A stretch of DNA of 55,679 bases from an uncultured Gammaproteobacteria bacterium (GCA_937984095.1 CALJYH010000121.1:1-55679); one strand, 5' to 3'. Numbered from the stretch's first letter, positions 16,096 to 26,326 are shown. The notes: generated by a model not told the origin, from the letters alone. Translations and numbers: made by a program.

Positions 16096-18593
16096 TAGCG
16101 GGTCAGCCTCAATGCGTTTAAAACCACCAGTAACGAGCTTACCGACATTCCGAGCGCGGCAAGCCAGGGCGCGATCAGACCCATCGCCGCGGCCGGGATC
16201 GCGCCGAAATTATACATTAAAGCCCAACCCATATTCTGGTAAACGATGCGTTGGGTTTCAGCCGCAAAAATCATCGATTGCGCAATCGCCGGCAGATGAT
16301 TCGCGGTTAACACGATATCGGCGCTCGTCTTGGCGAGCGAACTGGCGCCACCCATAGCGATCGATACGTCCGCACTCGACAACACCGGGGCATCATTCAC
16401 GCCATCGCCGATCATGAGTACTGCCGAAGATTCCCGTTGCAGCGCCTGCACCGCCTCCATTTTCCCATGTGGTGACATTTGTGCCCGGTAATCCGAAATT
16501 CCGGTCAGATCGGCCACCCGGCGGGCCGCGGCATCCCCATCCCCTGTCATCAAAATCACCGATTTACCCAGGGTTTGTAAATGCGTGATCAGCGTTTTCG
16601 CATCCTCACGCAGATCATCGACAAAGGTAAACATGGCGATTACACGATCGGCACGTGCCAGTACCACCACAGTCACCGCATCGGCCGCAATTTCTTCGAG
16701 CCATTGTGTCGGCATTTCTGCACTGCTGTGACTGGCAATATAGCTAGCGTTGCCAATAAAGTAATCGACGTCATCGATGCTGGCACAGATGCCACCACCC
16801 GCGGTGCTGGCAATCCGAGTAGGCTTGCATTTTTCCAGGACCCCGGCTTCCTGCACCAGCACTCGGGCCAATGGATGCTCGGAGTGCTGTTCGAGCGCGG
16901 CTGCAATTTGCAGGCACTGACCCCGGTCGTATTCCGGGCTGCAAATGACCCGTTCCAGTCTGGGCCGGCCCCGGGTCAGGGTGCCCGTCTTGTCGAATAC
17001 CACGTGGGTGACCCGGTTTAAATTCTCGAGTGCCGAACCGCGCTTAACCAGTAGCCCAGCGGACTGCAACTTACCCAGGCTGGCGCTGATGGCGGTCGGT
17101 GTCGCCAGCGATAGCGCACAGGGACAACTTACGATCAACACCGCAAGTGCTATCTCAAACCAGCGTTCAGCATCGTGTAGCCACCAGAATACGGCGACGC
17201 TGATCACGATCAGCAATACGAAGCTGATAAATCGCGCCGCCACGCGATCCGCCAGGCGTGCCAGGGGAGGCTTTTCGGCCTGCGCGCGTTCGATGGTGCG
17301 CTGGATCTCCGCCATCACGGTATCCGCTCCGACTGACTTCACTTCCATCTGCAACGGATTGGTCACGTTGATGCTACCGCCGAGCAAACGATCACCGACA
17401 TTTTTATCGACAGGAATACTTTCGCCATTCAATAACGATTCGTCGAGCGCAGAAAATCCCGAAATGATTTCGCCATCCGCAGGGATGGTCTCACCGGGAC
17501 GCACCAGCACTCGGTCGCCGATAGCAAGCGTCGCCGCCGCGACGGATTCTTCGGCTCCCCCATCAGGCGCCAGTCGAGTCGTAACCACCGGCATTGACTG
17601 GGCGAGTTGTTCCACAGAAGCCGCGCAGCGCTGACGGGCCATATTTTCGAAGTATCGACTGGCCGATAAAAAGAAAACGAACATTACGACGGAGTCGAAA
17701 TAGATTTCTCCCTGGCCGTTGATCGTCGCCAAAGCGCTGCTGGCAAAGGCGATTCCAATCGCGAGCGATACCGGGACATCCATGCCGACCTGGCGGCGAG
17801 CCAGGTCTCGCCCTGCCGAGATGAAAAAAGGCGTTGCCGAGTAAAGCATTACCGGAAGTGTCAGGCCGAGACTTAGCCAGCGAAAAAACTGTTCGAAAGA
17901 TGCTTCCATGCCGGACCAGGCACCTGCATAGAGGCTGATCGATATCATCATGACCTGCATACCGAACAATCCGGCAACGGCGAGACGGCGCAGTTGCAGG
18001 CGCCGCTGTTGCCGATTCGACTCCTGTTGCTGATCGGGATTGTACGGCAGCGCACGATAGCCAATTTTCTGGATCGACTGCAGTATCTCGCTGAGTTTTA
18101 TTCGAGTCTCGTCCCATCGCACCAGGGCGCGTTGCGTTGCGTAGTTGACGCGGACATCGGTAACCCCCGGTAACCCGGCGATGTATTGTTCATTGAGCCA
18201 GATACAGGCCGCACAGGTAATACCCTCCAGGATCAGGCTGGCCTCGCGCATGTCTGCACCCAGCGAGTGCACAAACTGGTCCTGGATTTCGGGGACGTCG
18301 TAGACTGCGGTGGCACGCAGGAACTCCGGCACCAGTCCCTGACCGGTCGGAGAAACCTCGGTCCTGACACGGTAAAAGTTTGCGTGACCAGATGCGATGA
18401 TAGAATCTGCAACGGCCTGGCAACCATGGCAGCACATCGGTTGGTTGACACCATCGATGTTGACATACAGGTCCAGGTCCGGGGGTACCGGCAGACCACA
18501 ATGAAAGCAGTCGCCGACACCGGCGACAGCAGATACTGCAGCGGTTTCGACGGAATTCTGAGGATCATCTCGTTTGGCTATGGCCGACTTCAA
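16095..18593 (-). CDS. ccoI: copper-translocating P1B-type ATPase CcoI/FixI
   Basis: GITCAAC metal-binding motif, SCPCALSLATP, DKTGTLT and GDGVNDAP. TTG start at 18593. Confidence 0.9.
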   Translation of the reverse strand: MKSAIAKRDDPQNSVETAAVSAVAGVGDCFHCGLPVPPDLDLYVNIDGVNQPMCCHGCQAVADSIIASGHANFYRVRTEVSPTGQGLVPEFLRATAVYDVPEIQDQFVHSLGADMREASLILEGITCAACIWLNEQYIAGLPGVTDVRVNYATQRALVRWDETRIKLSEILQSIQKIGYRALPYNPDQQQESNRQQRRLQLRRLAVAGLFGMQVMMISISLYAGAWSGMEASFEQFFRWLSLGLTLPVMLYSATPFFISAGRDLARRQVGMDVPVSLAIGIAFASSALATINGQGEIYFDSVVMFVFFLSASRYFENMARQRCAASVEQLAQSMPVVTTRLAPDGGAEESVAAATLAIGDRVLVRPGETIPADGEIISGFSALDESLLNGESIPVDKNVGDRLLGGSINVTNPLQMEVKSVGADTVMAEIQRTIERAQAEKPPLARLADRVAARFISFVLLIVISVAVFWWLHDAERWFEIALAVLIVSCPCALSLATPTAISASLGKLQSAGLLVKRGSALENLNRVTHVVFDKTGTLTRGRPRLERVICSPEYDRGQCLQIAAALEQHSEHPLARVLVQEAGVLEKCKPTRIASTAGGGICASIDDVDYFIGNASYIASHSSAEMPTQWLEEIAADAVTVVVLARADRVIAMFTFVDDLREDAKTLITHLQTLGKSVILMTGDGDAAARRVADLTGISDYRAQMSPHGKMEAVQALQRESSAVLMIGDGVNDAPVLSSADVSIAMGGASSLAKTSADIVLTANHLPAIAQSMIFAAETQRIVYQNMGWALMYNFGAIPAAAMGLIAPWLAALGMSVSSLLVVLNALRLTR

Positions 18594-18667
18594 CTAAATA
18601 TCTCGATTTTTGACTGACGCTGGTTCAGGTGGTTGTAGTCATGATGCAACTTGAATATTATCGAAGT

Positions 18668-18681
18668 TTGATCTGGGTCAA
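18668..18681. promoter_or_regulatory. FNR-type box in the divergent ccoI / yip1-ccoN intergenic region
   Basis: TTGATCTGGGTCAA, one mismatch to consensus. The centre is about 41.5 nt from plausible start sites in both directions, near 18716 and 18633. Confidence 0.6.
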
Positions 18682-18738
18682 TACCAAAGCGCAAGCTTAT
18701 TGAATAATCCACGTTAATTAATAACAAGATACACCGCC

Positions 18739-19341
18739 ATGTTTATACAGCACATAATAGGTCTGTTCACAGATCCCACGCGCGAGTGGGAAAAAATTCG
18801 CGAGCAGCAGAAAAACGGTGAAAAGTCCTCCGCCGGGCACGTTTTCATCCTCGCACTGATTCCGGCCATATCGGGATATATCGGTACCACGCAGGTCGGC
18901 TGGCGTATCGGCGTTGGTGATCCCATCCGCATCACCGGGGATTCTGCATTCGCAATTGCCGTTATTTACTACCTTGCCCTGCTAGTAGGTGTCTTTTCTA
19001 TCGGCTGGGTAATCCACTTGCTCGGTAAAGCCTATGAAGTCGTCAAGCCCATACCGCTTTGCATTGCACTCGCAGCCTATACCGCAACCCCGTTATTTTT
19101 GATCGGTATCATGCAGGTTTACCCGGTATTATGGCTCAACATGCTGCTGGGGCTGCCGGCCCTTGCCTACACCGTTTACCTGTTGTATTCAGGGCTGCCC
19201 ATTATGATGGAAATACCGACCGAACGCGGATTTCTCTACTCCTCCGCGGTGCTCGCCGTTGGGCTGGTGGCGCTGGTTTCATTACTCGCGATGACCGCGC
19301 TGCTCTGGGGCATGGGCCTGCAGCCGGTATTTACCTACTGA
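18739..19341 (+). CDS. Yip1-family integral membrane protein
   Basis: 200 aa with about five TM helices and a Yip1/DUF1282-like layout. It sits directly upstream of ccoN on the same strand. Confidence 0.6.
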   Translation: MFIQHIIGLFTDPTREWEKIREQQKNGEKSSAGHVFILALIPAISGYIGTTQVGWRIGVGDPIRITGDSAFAIAVIYYLALLVGVFSIGWVIHLLGKAYEVVKPIPLCIALAAYTATPLFLIGIMQVYPVLWLNMLLGLPALAYTVYLLYSGLPIMMEIPTERGFLYSSAVLAVGLVALVSLLAMTALLWGMGLQPVFTY

Positions 19342-19364
19342 TTACCAATCATAGATTCACCTGT

Positions 19365-19378
19365 TTGATACGAATCAA
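19365..19378 (+). promoter_or_regulatory. FNR/ANR box immediately upstream of ccoN
   Basis: TTGATACGAATCAA is a perfect consensus match. It ends 18 nt before the ccoN ATG. Confidence 0.65.
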
Positions 19379-19396
19379 ACATCGAGGAAGCGCTAG

Positions 19397-20818
19397 ATGA
19401 CAAACACTGAAACCTATAACTACAAAGTAGTTCGGCAATTTTCGATTATGACGATCGTATGGGGTCTGGTCGGCATGTCGGTCGGCGTTCTGATCGCCGC
19501 ACAACTGGCCTGGCCGGTACTCAATTTCGATGTTCCGTGGCTGACTTTCAGCCGACTGCGGCCCCTGCATACTAACGCGGTCATCTTTGCCTTCGGCGGC
19601 AGCGCCCTGTTTGCCTGTTCCTATTACGTGGTGCAGCACACCTGTCATGTCCGCCTGGTCTTCCCGGCACTGGCTGCTTTTACCTTCTGGGGCTGGCAGG
19701 TGGTGATTCTGCTGGCTGCCATTACGCTGCCGCTTGGAATTACCTCCAGCAAGGAATATGCCGAGCTGGAATGGCCGATCGATATTTTAATTACACTGGT
19801 GTGGGTTAGTTACGCGGTTGTTTTTTTCGGCACCATCATGAAACGTCGCGTCAAACATATCTATGTCGCCAACTGGTTTTTCGGCGCATTCATCATCACC
19901 GTAGCAGTGTTGCATCTTTTCAATAGCGCCGCGCTGCCGGTCAGTCTGTGGAAGTCCTACTCAGCCTATGCCGGAGTACAGGATGCGATGGTGCAATGGT
20001 GGTACGGGCATAATGCAGTCGGTTTTTTCCTGACCGCGGGTTTTCTCGGCATCATGTACTACTTCGTACCCAAACAGGCCGGACGACCGGTTTATTCCTA
20101 TCGCCTGTCGGTGGTACATTTCTGGGCGCTGGTGTTTACTTATATCTGGGCCGGGCCGCACCATTTACACTACACCGCGCTGCCAGACTGGGCACAATCG
20201 CTCGGCATGATCATGTCCCTGATCCTGCTGGCCCCTTCCTGGGGTGGCATGATCAACGGCATCATGACGTTGTCGGGTGCCTGGCACAAACTGCGGACCG
20301 ATCCAGTGTTGCGTTTATTGATTGTGTCTATTTCATTTTACGGTATGTCGACCTTCGAAGGCCCGATGATGGCGATCAAGACGGTCAACGCGCTGTCGCA
20401 CTACACTGACTGGACCGTTGGTCACGTACATTCCGGGGCACTGGGATGGGTCGCACTGGTATCCATGGGTGCGATGTATTACCTGATTCCACGTCTTTTC
20501 GGGCGCGAACTCTACAGTCTGCGCCTGGTGGAGGTCCACTTCTGGGCTGCGACTATCGGTATCGTGCTCTATATAGCCTCAATGTGGGTTGCCGGGATCA
20601 TGCAAGGCCTGATGTGGCGCGCGGTAAACGCGGACGGCACTTTAACCTACAGTTTTGTCGAGTCGGTACAGGCGATGCACCCCTACTACATCGTGCGTAC
20701 CCTCGGCGGCGCATTCTTCCTGCTCGGCGCGGTAATCATGGCATATAACCTGTGGCGCACCATCGCCGACGCGAAACCCGTCGAAGTAGAAATTCCCGAA
20801 CCGGCAAGCGCCCATTAA
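19397..20818 (+). CDS. ccoN: cytochrome c oxidase cbb3-type subunit I
   Basis: N-terminal [17 protein letters not shown], 12-TM haem-copper oxidase core and conserved His residues ([27 protein letters not shown]). Confidence 0.95.
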   Translation: MTNTETYNYKVVRQFSIMTIVWGLVGMSVGVLIAAQLAWPVLNFDVPWLTFSRLRPLHTNAVIFAFGGSALFACSYYVVQHTCHVRLVFPALAAFTFWGWQVVILLAAITLPLGITSSKEYAELEWPIDILITLVWVSYAVVFFGTIMKRRVKHIYVANWFFGAFIITVAVLHLFNSAALPVSLWKSYSAYAGVQDAMVQWWYGHNAVGFFLTAGFLGIMYYFVPKQAGRPVYSYRLSVVHFWALVFTYIWAGPHHLHYTALPDWAQSLGMIMSLILLAPSWGGMINGIMTLSGAWHKLRTDPVLRLLIVSISFYGMSTFEGPMMAIKTVNALSHYTDWTVGHVHSGALGWVALVSMGAMYYLIPRLFGRELYSLRLVEVHFWAATIGIVLYIASMWVAGIMQGLMWRAVNADGTLTYSFVESVQAMHPYYIVRTLGGAFFLLGAVIMAYNLWRTIADAKPVEVEIPEPASAH

Positions 20819-20840
20819 GTAAAAGTAACGAGATACGAAT

Positions 20841-21455
20841 ATGGCCACAGCACACGATAAAGTCGAAAAGAACATTGGTCTGATGATTATTCTGATCATC
20901 GGCGTCATTTCGGTTGGCGGACTGGTACAGATTGTTCCGCTGTTTTTTCAGGATTCTCTGACTGAGCCGGTGGCGGGACTGAAACCCTACTCCGCGTTGC
21001 GCCTGGAAGGGCGTGATATTTATGTGCGCGAAGGTTGCTATGTCTGTCATTCGCAAATGATCCGTCCCTTCCGTGCGGAAACCGAGCGCTACGGTCACTA
21101 CTCGGTTGCCGGAGAATTTGTCTATGACCGCCCCTTCCAATGGGGTTCGAAGCGTACCGGGCCCGATCTGCATCGGGTCGGTGGTCGCTATAGCGACGAC
21201 TGGCATCGAGTCCACATGATAAACCCACGTGACGTAGTGCCCGAATCGATCATGCCTGGATACCCCTGGCTGAACGAAAATGCGCTCGATGGCAGCAATA
21301 TAGAAACCAAGATGAAAGCACTGCGCACCCTGGGCGCACCTTATACCGATGCCGAAATTGAAGCGGCGCCGCAGACGCTCGAGGGCAAGACTGAGCTCGA
21401 TGCACTAATTGCCTACCTGCAAGGCCTCGGCATAGAACTTAAATCGAGGAAATAA
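20841..21455 (+). CDS. ccoO: cytochrome c oxidase cbb3-type subunit II
   Basis: Single TM helix plus the monohaem motif CYVCHSQ. FixO-like throughout. Confidence 0.95.
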   Translation: MATAHDKVEKNIGLMIILIIGVISVGGLVQIVPLFFQDSLTEPVAGLKPYSALRLEGRDIYVREGCYVCHSQMIRPFRAETERYGHYSVAGEFVYDRPFQWGSKRTGPDLHRVGGRYSDDWHRVHMINPRDVVPESIMPGYPWLNENALDGSNIETKMKALRTLGAPYTDAEIEAAPQTLEGKTELDALIAYLQGLGIELKSRK

Positions 21456-21457
21456 TC

Positions 21458-21625
21458 ATGACGTTCACCCTGTTTCAATCGATCTGGTCCATCGTCGTAT
21501 TGATTACATTTCTCGGCATCGTAGTGTGGGCTTACAGCGGCAAACGAAAATCCGCCTTCGACGAAGCGGCACAGCTGCCGTTTGAGGATGAACCTGTAAC
21601 CAACAAAAAAACTTCTTCGGAGTAG
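21458..21625 (+). CDS. ccoQ: cbb3 oxidase small subunit CcoQ
   Basis: 55-aa ORF absent from the track, MTFTLFQSIWSIVVLITFLGIVVWAYSGKRKSAFDEAAQLPFEDEPVTNKKTSSE. ATG 21458 follows GAGGAA. It fills the ccoO-ccoP gap exactly. Confidence 0.75.
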   Translation: MTFTLFQSIWSIVVLITFLGIVVWAYSGKRKSAFDEAAQLPFEDEPVTNKKTSSE

Positions 21626-21629
21626 ATTC

Positions 21630-22535
21630 ATGGCCGATTTTACAAGCGATTTCTGGCATTGGTATATCGCAATCATTTCCGTCCTCAGTATTCTTGCCTG
21701 CGTTTGGCTATTGCGCTGGATGACCTCGGGTTTCATAAAGAAGGATGAGGTGGAAGACACCGGCCATGTCTGGGACGGCGATTTGACCGAGCTCAATAAT
21801 CCGTTACCACGCTGGTGGCTCGGACTGTTTTACATCACCATCGTATTCAGCGGTTTCTACCTGTTGCTCTATCCAGGCCTCGGCAATTTCGCCGGTATTC
21901 TGAATTGGACTTCGCAGGGTCAATACGAAGAGGAAGTGGCGAAAACAGAAGCCGCGGTCGGACCGTTGTTCGAACGCTACCAGCAAACAGCGATTCTCGA
22001 TCTAACCAAGGATGAAGAAGCGCTCAAAATTGGTGAACGTCTGTTTATCAATTATTGCGCAACCTGCCACGGCTCAGATGCGCGAGGTGCACGTGGTTAT
22101 CCGAATCTGCGCGATAGCGACTGGCTCTGGGGTGGCGATCCACAAAATATCAAGACCTCGATTCTGCAGGGCCGCCAGGCCGCAATGCCAGCCTGGGAAG
22201 GACCGCTTGGCGGAGAGCGTGGCGTCGACGAAGTTGCCCAGTACCTATTGAGCCTGTCAGGCCGGGCAACCATCTCCGAACTAGCCGAAAAAGGTAAGGC
22301 AAAGTATGAAATGTTCTGCATTGCCTGTCATGGGCCCACCGGAACCGGTAATACCGCACTCGGAGCACCCAACCTGACCGATGATGTCTGGCTTTACGGC
22401 GGTTCGCTCACGCGCATTAGCCAGTCCATCGCCAAGGGGCGCAATGGGCAAATGCCGGCGCATGGTGATTTCCTCGGTGAAGCCAAGGTTCACCTGCTCG
22501 CGGCTTACGTCTATGGACTGTCGCAAGAAAAGTAA
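21630..22535 (+). CDS. ccoP: cytochrome c oxidase cbb3-type subunit III
   Basis: N-terminal TM helix and two haem c motifs, CATCHG and CIACHG. Confidence 0.95.
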   Translation: MADFTSDFWHWYIAIISVLSILACVWLLRWMTSGFIKKDEVEDTGHVWDGDLTELNNPLPRWWLGLFYITIVFSGFYLLLYPGLGNFAGILNWTSQGQYEEEVAKTEAAVGPLFERYQQTAILDLTKDEEALKIGERLFINYCATCHGSDARGARGYPNLRDSDWLWGGDPQNIKTSILQGRQAAMPAWEGPLGGERGVDEVAQYLLSLSGRATISELAEKGKAKYEMFCIACHGPTGTGNTALGAPNLTDDVWLYGGSLTRISQSIAKGRNGQMPAHGDFLGEAKVHLLAAYVYGLSQEK

Positions 22536-22810
22536 TGGATGTACCGATACCAGACAAAATCCCGCGCATACAACAGGTCATTTCTGTACTCTGGCCTTCG
22601 TTTTTAACTGCAATTGTTGCTACCGGGATTTTCTTTTCGGCATTTAATCCGAGAGATTTGATTCCATTTAATCTTGATATCGATATTAGTCCACTGGCCG
22701 CTTACAGCATCGGATTTTTTTTGTTCTGGATACTGGCGGCCATTTCCAGCTACGGGACGCTCTACTTCACCATTTCGAACAGTCGTTTCCTGAACAAGCA
22801 AGACCAATGA
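22535..22810 (+). CDS. small membrane protein coupled to ccoP
   Basis: 91 aa with two or three hydrophobic helices. Its ATG shares one base with the ccoP TAA (TAATG). No family recognised. Confidence 0.5.
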   Translation: MDVPIPDKIPRIQQVISVLWPSFLTAIVATGIFFSAFNPRDLIPFNLDIDISPLAAYSIGFFLFWILAAISSYGTLYFTISNSRFLNKQDQ

Positions 22811-22836
22811 CCACTTAACGGTGGGCATAATCCGAC

Positions 22837-24228
22837 ATGAGCAGCTCTCAAGCAAACTCAACTGACAAAGCACTTTACGCCGCGCACAAGAAAATATACC
22901 CGCGTGAAGTCAGCGGTCGCTTTACCCGCCTACGCATGCTCTCGGTTGTCGTTCTGCTCGGCATCTACTACGTGACACCACTGCTGCAGTGGGATGGACG
23001 CCAGGCCCTGCTGTTCGACCTGCCGGCACGCAAGTTTTATATCTTCGGGCTGACGTTGTGGCCGCAGGATTTTATTTACCTCGCGGCATTACTGATTCTC
23101 GCCGGCCTGTCTCTGTTCTTTTTTACCGCGCTGGTTGGTCGAGTATGGTGTGGTTATGCCTGCCCGCAAACCGTGTGGACCGAGGCTTACCTGTGGATGG
23201 AGCGCAAGATCGAGGGCAAGCGTACCAGCCGCATGAAACTCGACAAGGCATCTACCTCTGCCGCAAAGATTCGTACCAAGACACTCAAGCACACGGTCTG
23301 GATTGCATTTTCATTATGGACCGGTTTTACCTTCGTCGGCTACTTCACGCCGATCGATCAACTCGCCGCCAAACTGTTTAGCGCAAGCCTCGGACCCTGG
23401 GAAACTTTCTGGATCCTGTTTTACAGCTTTGCGACCTATGGTAATGCAGGTTTCATGCGCGAGCAGGTGTGTAAATACATGTGCCCATATGCCCGCTTCC
23501 AGAGCGCAATGTTCGATTCAGACACGCTGATAGTCGCCTACCATCCGGAGCGTGGCGACCCCCGGGGTTCACGCCGACGGGGCACCGATCCTAAAACAGT
23601 GGGCCTCGGTGATTGTATCGACTGTAACGTCTGCGTGCAGGTTTGCCCCACCGGCATCGATATTCGCGACGGTCTGCAGTACGAATGCATCGCCTGTTCC
23701 GCCTGCATTGATGCCTGCGATGAAATCATGGACAAGATGTCTTACCCGCGTGGCTTGATCCGCTATACCACGGAAAATGCCGCCCAGGGTAAACAACAAC
23801 ATATTTTGCGACCGCGCGTAATGGTTTACGCAGCGATCCTGCTAATCTTGTGCGGTGCCCTACTGACTAATATAGTTCAGCGCATTCCTCTGGAGCTTGA
23901 CGTGATACGAGACCGCAACACCCTCTACCGCGAGACCCGGGAGGGTTTGATTGAGAATGTCTATACCCTCAAGATTCTCAACATGGATTCGCAGACACAT
24001 CAATATACCCTGCGGGCTGACGGTATCGATGGCATGAAACTGGTCACCGACGAGGCCGAGATCGTGGTGCCAGCGGGCGCGGTGCAGCAACTAATCGTCA
24101 GACTCCAGGCGGATGAATTCAATATGGAAAGCCGCAGTGTAGCAGTTAAATTTTACCTGCAGGCTAACGAAGCAAACCATTTGAACACGGTTGAAGAGGC
24201 ACGCTTTGTCGGCCCTGGGAAAACATGA
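22837..24228 (+). CDS. ccoG: cbb3 oxidase accessory protein CcoG/FixG
   Basis: TM helices, Cys motifs CGYACP and CKYMCP, and two 4Fe-4S ferredoxin motifs, CIDCNVCVQVCP and CIACSACIDAC. Confidence 0.9.
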   Translation: MSSSQANSTDKALYAAHKKIYPREVSGRFTRLRMLSVVVLLGIYYVTPLLQWDGRQALLFDLPARKFYIFGLTLWPQDFIYLAALLILAGLSLFFFTALVGRVWCGYACPQTVWTEAYLWMERKIEGKRTSRMKLDKASTSAAKIRTKTLKHTVWIAFSLWTGFTFVGYFTPIDQLAAKLFSASLGPWETFWILFYSFATYGNAGFMREQVCKYMCPYARFQSAMFDSDTLIVAYHPERGDPRGSRRRGTDPKTVGLGDCIDCNVCVQVCPTGIDIRDGLQYECIACSACIDACDEIMDKMSYPRGLIRYTTENAAQGKQQHILRPRVMVYAAILLILCGALLTNIVQRIPLELDVIRDRNTLYRETREGLIENVYTLKILNMDSQTHQYTLRADGIDGMKLVTDEAEIVVPAGAVQQLIVRLQADEFNMESRSVAVKFYLQANEANHLNTVEEARFVGPGKT

Positions 24229-24740
24229 TGAATTCGACCGAGGCAACACCGAGGAACTGGAAACGCGAGCCGATGGTGTGGCTGCTGATCGGGATTCCGC
24301 TTTCTGCAGTAATCATGGGCGTGGTTATGATAACGCTTGCGATCCAGTCTTTTTCCGGGCTCGTGGTTGACGACTACTATAAAAAGGGCAAGGAAATCAA
24401 TCGCGTTCTGGCGCGCGATCAATTTGCCTATGAACTCGGTCTCGCCGCTGGATTTAGCCTCGAAACCGAGGGCAAGGTCGAGATCCGTTTCGATCCCAGG
24501 GTGCAGGTTATTCCGGGTGATACGATTGAACTCAAGTTAATCCATGCAACCGTGCCGGGACTCGATCAGCAACTGGATCTCCGCAAGACCGATACCCACC
24601 TGCTTCGCGGCGAACTCAATCTCCCGGGTGAAGGTCGCTGGAACCTCTTTCTGCAAACCGAAGATTGGCGTCTGACCGGATCATTACAATATCCCGAGCA
24701 AGCATCGGCAAAACTGTTGCCCAACTATTTTCCGGATTAG
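24225..24740 (+). CDS. ccoH: FixH/CcoH family protein
   Basis: Single N-terminal TM helix (MVWLLIGIPLSAVIMGVVMITLAI) followed by a soluble domain. ATGA overlap with ccoG, in the canonical position. Confidence 0.8.
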   Translation: MMNSTEATPRNWKREPMVWLLIGIPLSAVIMGVVMITLAIQSFSGLVVDDYYKKGKEINRVLARDQFAYELGLAAGFSLETEGKVEIRFDPRVQVIPGDTIELKLIHATVPGLDQQLDLRKTDTHLLRGELNLPGEGRWNLFLQTEDWRLTGSLQYPEQASAKLLPNYFPD

Positions 24741-24743
24741 TCG

Positions 24744-25514
24744 ATGCCGGTTGATCTCACATTCGGCGCTGCAATCATCGTAGGTCTGCTCGGCTCTAGC
24801 CACTGCCTCGGTATGTGCGGTGGCATCGTCTCGGCCCTGAACATGGGGGTCACCGACAAAGTCTCCGCGAAACCTCGTTCCCTGTTCATCTATCAACTAA
24901 GCTACAACGGCGGGCGCATCACCAGCTACGTGCTGGTCGGATTGCTGGCCGGTTCGCTGGGCGCCGGGCTGGCACAACTCGGAGTCAGCCCCATCGCTGG
25001 CAAACTGTTTGCGGCCGCTTTCATGGTCGCATTGGGCCTTTACCTCGCCAACTGGTGGCGCGGATTGGTGCTACTGGAAAAACTGGGCATGAAACTATGG
25101 CGACATATCCAGCCCATCGGTAAACGCCTTTTTCCGATAGAAAGTCCGGTGCAGGCTTACCTGCTCGGAACGCTCTGGGGATGGTTGCCCTGTGGACTGG
25201 TATACGCGGTCGTCGCGTGGTCACTGACGACCGGCAACGCCTACCAGGGCGCAATGCTGATGCTGGGTTTCGGGCTTGGAACCCTGCCCGCGATGCTGCT
25301 CGCGGGCAACGTATTCAATTACTTCAAGGGCTGGGCGAAATCCCAGTGGGTCAGAACCTCGGCGGGATTAATGATTATTGCATTCGGGCTTTACAGCGGT
25401 TTAAGCGTGTTAAAGCCGCAACACCATCATCATACGGGTTTGAGCTCGACCGTCCTGGTATGTGACTGTGAACCACTGGCACGGGTTCCGGCGATTTTAC
25501 GCAGCTTGTCATGA
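24744..25514 (+). CDS. TauE/SafE (DsbD_2-like) membrane protein
   Basis: Polytopic membrane protein with an N-terminal SSHCLGMCGG motif. This family commonly accompanies cbb3 maturation genes. Confidence 0.7.
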   Translation: MPVDLTFGAAIIVGLLGSSHCLGMCGGIVSALNMGVTDKVSAKPRSLFIYQLSYNGGRITSYVLVGLLAGSLGAGLAQLGVSPIAGKLFAAAFMVALGLYLANWWRGLVLLEKLGMKLWRHIQPIGKRLFPIESPVQAYLLGTLWGWLPCGLVYAVVAWSLTTGNAYQGAMLMLGFGLGTLPAMLLAGNVFNYFKGWAKSQWVRTSAGLMIIAFGLYSGLSVLKPQHHHHTGLSSTVLVCDCEPLARVPAILRSLS

Positions 25515-26182
25515 TCCAGAATTTCGACCTCACGCCGATTCACCTGCAGGATACCTGAGTCCTGGAAACGGGTCAGAGTCCGGCTCACGGTTTCTACCGC
25601 AAGTCCGAGGTAACAACCGATATCCTGTCGCGACATGGTTAACAGGAATGCCGATGCAGAGTAACCGCGAGACCAGTAACGACAGGCCAGGTCATCCAGG
25701 AAACTGGCAATACGACCATCGGCATCCTTGCGTGCCAACATTAATACCAGGTTATGGTCACGCTGCATTTGTTCAGCGGTGATCTTCAACAGGTTTGAAC
25801 CCTGTGCCTTATCGCTCAAATAGGCATGCGGAAAGCGACACAGGGAGGTCGTTTCAAGAGTAGTCGCGGAAGACATGCGAAACTGTTCATCGGAAGTATC
25901 GAGCCCAAAAACATCACCCGGCAGGTAAAATCCCAACACCTGTTCTTCACCATCCTCGGTCACCAGGTAGCTTTTGATTGAACCGCTACGCACCACGTAA
26001 AATGCGTCCGCTTCCTCACCCTCGCGAAATACATGCTCTCCCTTGCGACTGATACGTTTCGTGCTGCAAAGCTGCTGTTGGATTTCTTCGCTATCGAGCA
26101 ACTGTAAACCAAGGCAACCACCACGTGGTTCACAGATATGACACTCCTGTACCATGTGATTATTTTGTGCCTGCATTAACAT
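25430..26182 (-). CDS. fnr: FNR/ANR-family oxygen-sensing transcription factor
   Basis: N-terminal CHICEPRGGC (C-x2-C-x5-C) plus a central Cys (SLCRF), a cNMP-binding fold, and the recognition helix ETVSRTLTRF. Confidence 0.9.
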   Translation of the reverse strand: MLMQAQNNHMVQECHICEPRGGCLGLQLLDSEEIQQQLCSTKRISRKGEHVFREGEEADAFYVVRSGSIKSYLVTEDGEEQVLGFYLPGDVFGLDTSDEQFRMSSATTLETTSLCRFPHAYLSDKAQGSNLLKITAEQMQRDHNLVLMLARKDADGRIASFLDDLACRYWSRGYSASAFLLTMSRQDIGCYLGLAVETVSRTLTRFQDSGILQVNRREVEILDHDKLRKIAGTRASGSQSHTRTVELKPV

Positions 26183-26326
26183 GATGACCCCCTATCTATA
26201 TTAAATTTCTTAGAATGAAGTTTGCGTTAAACCATTATTTTCCGCCATCGGGGTTTTCCTGATGGGCATATCGGGGCGTTCCAGATACCATAAGCCTGAA
26301 TTGTTAACCAGGTAAGCACTTTCCGA

